From positions 1 to 64,000 of IMG/VR virus record IMGVR_UViG_3300021963_000025: DNA of 64,000 nucleotides. One strand, 5' to 3'. Under the pieces are notes generated by a model. That model was given only the letters and a program-made list of their open reading frames with translations. It was not told the DNA's origin and did no database searches. Shown here piece by piece: positions 63,569 through 64,000 of this stretch. Made by a program: the position numbers and the translations under genes. Source of the DNA: a virus (taxonomy: Duplodnaviria > Heunggongvirae > Uroviricota > Caudoviricetes). Each line of letters starts with the position of its first letter. Position 1 is the stretch's first letter.

Positions 63569-64000
63569 ATGAAAATTGATGAATATTTTGACAAAGTATA
63601 TCTTCTCAATCTAAATAGGAGAAAAGACAGACTTAAAACATCAACCAAAAAACTTGAATATTGTGAAATAGAATTTGAAAGATTTGCAGCCATCGATGGG
63701 CAAGTACTTCAAAATGTATGGGAAACTTTTAATAGTAAACCACACAATCTACAAAATCCAAACTATTTGGCATGCGCAATTTCACATCTATCAATATATA
63801 AAGATGCCCTAGATAATGGCTACTCTAAGATTCTTATTATTGAAGATGACTGTAGTATAAGAAAGAGTGCAAATGCTGAATTTAACAATATTGTTGATAC
63901 TCTTCCAGACTGGGAATTATTGTACTTTGGATTTATACCCTTAACAGATGATTGTAGTCAATGGACCTATAACGAATTCAATATACCAATAAAAAATATA
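63569..64000 (+). CDS. glycosyltransferase family 25 (LPS-biosynthesis-type), 3' truncated by window end
   Basis: FDKVYLLNLNRRKDRL...ERFAAIDG...ISHLSIY...IIEDD matches the GT25 N-terminal signature. Confidence 0.6.
   Translation, partial: MKIDEYFDKVYLLNLNRRKDRLKTSTKKLEYCEIEFERFAAIDGQVLQNVWETFNSKPHNLQNPNYLACAISHLSIYKDALDNGYSKILIIEDDCSIRKSANAEFNNIVDTLPDWELLYFGFIPLTDDCSQWTYNEFNIPIKNI

Overview
AT-rich, almost entirely plus-strand, densely packed phage-like genome segment; the conserved intergenic cassette resembles Bacteroidetes/Flavobacteriia phages. Main landmarks: (i) a large tRNA gene cluster (about 4.7-10.4 kb; roughly 22 confidently folded tRNAs plus about 8 degenerate tRNA-like elements) interleaved with two paralogous GIY-YIG homing endonuclease genes and flanked by an HNH endonuclease gene. 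(ii) A dispersed RNA/tRNA-repair toolkit: Rnl2/Rnl5-like RNA ligase, 2H phosphoesterase, Thg1-like tRNA-His guanylyltransferase, CCA-adding-type nucleotidyltransferase, DEDD 3'-5' exonuclease and HAD phosphatases. (iii) An NAD+/ADP-ribose module (Prs-like kinase, macro domain, NADAR domain, NAMPT-like phosphoribosyltransferase, nucleoside 2-deoxyribosyltransferase-like protein) that looks like an anti-defence NAD+ reconstitution and de-ADP-ribosylation system. (iv) DNA metabolism/repair genes: ATP-dependent DNA ligase, T4 endonuclease V-like DenV, thymidylate synthase with large insertions, PD-(D/E)xK exonuclease. (v) Lysis genes (amidase endolysin, glucosaminidase-domain protein), two tandem paralogous 777-aa putative structural proteins, several lipoproteins and small membrane proteins. 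(vi) A conserved terminator+promoter cassette repeated more than 20 times in intergenic regions. Other observations flagged below: a shared N-terminal peptide on two adjacent proteins that resembles a capsid-targeting signal, permuted tRNA halves next to a third GIY-YIG gene, and a tRNA-His with an A73 discriminator co-occurring with the Thg1-like gene. No CRISPR array, integrase or rRNA was seen.
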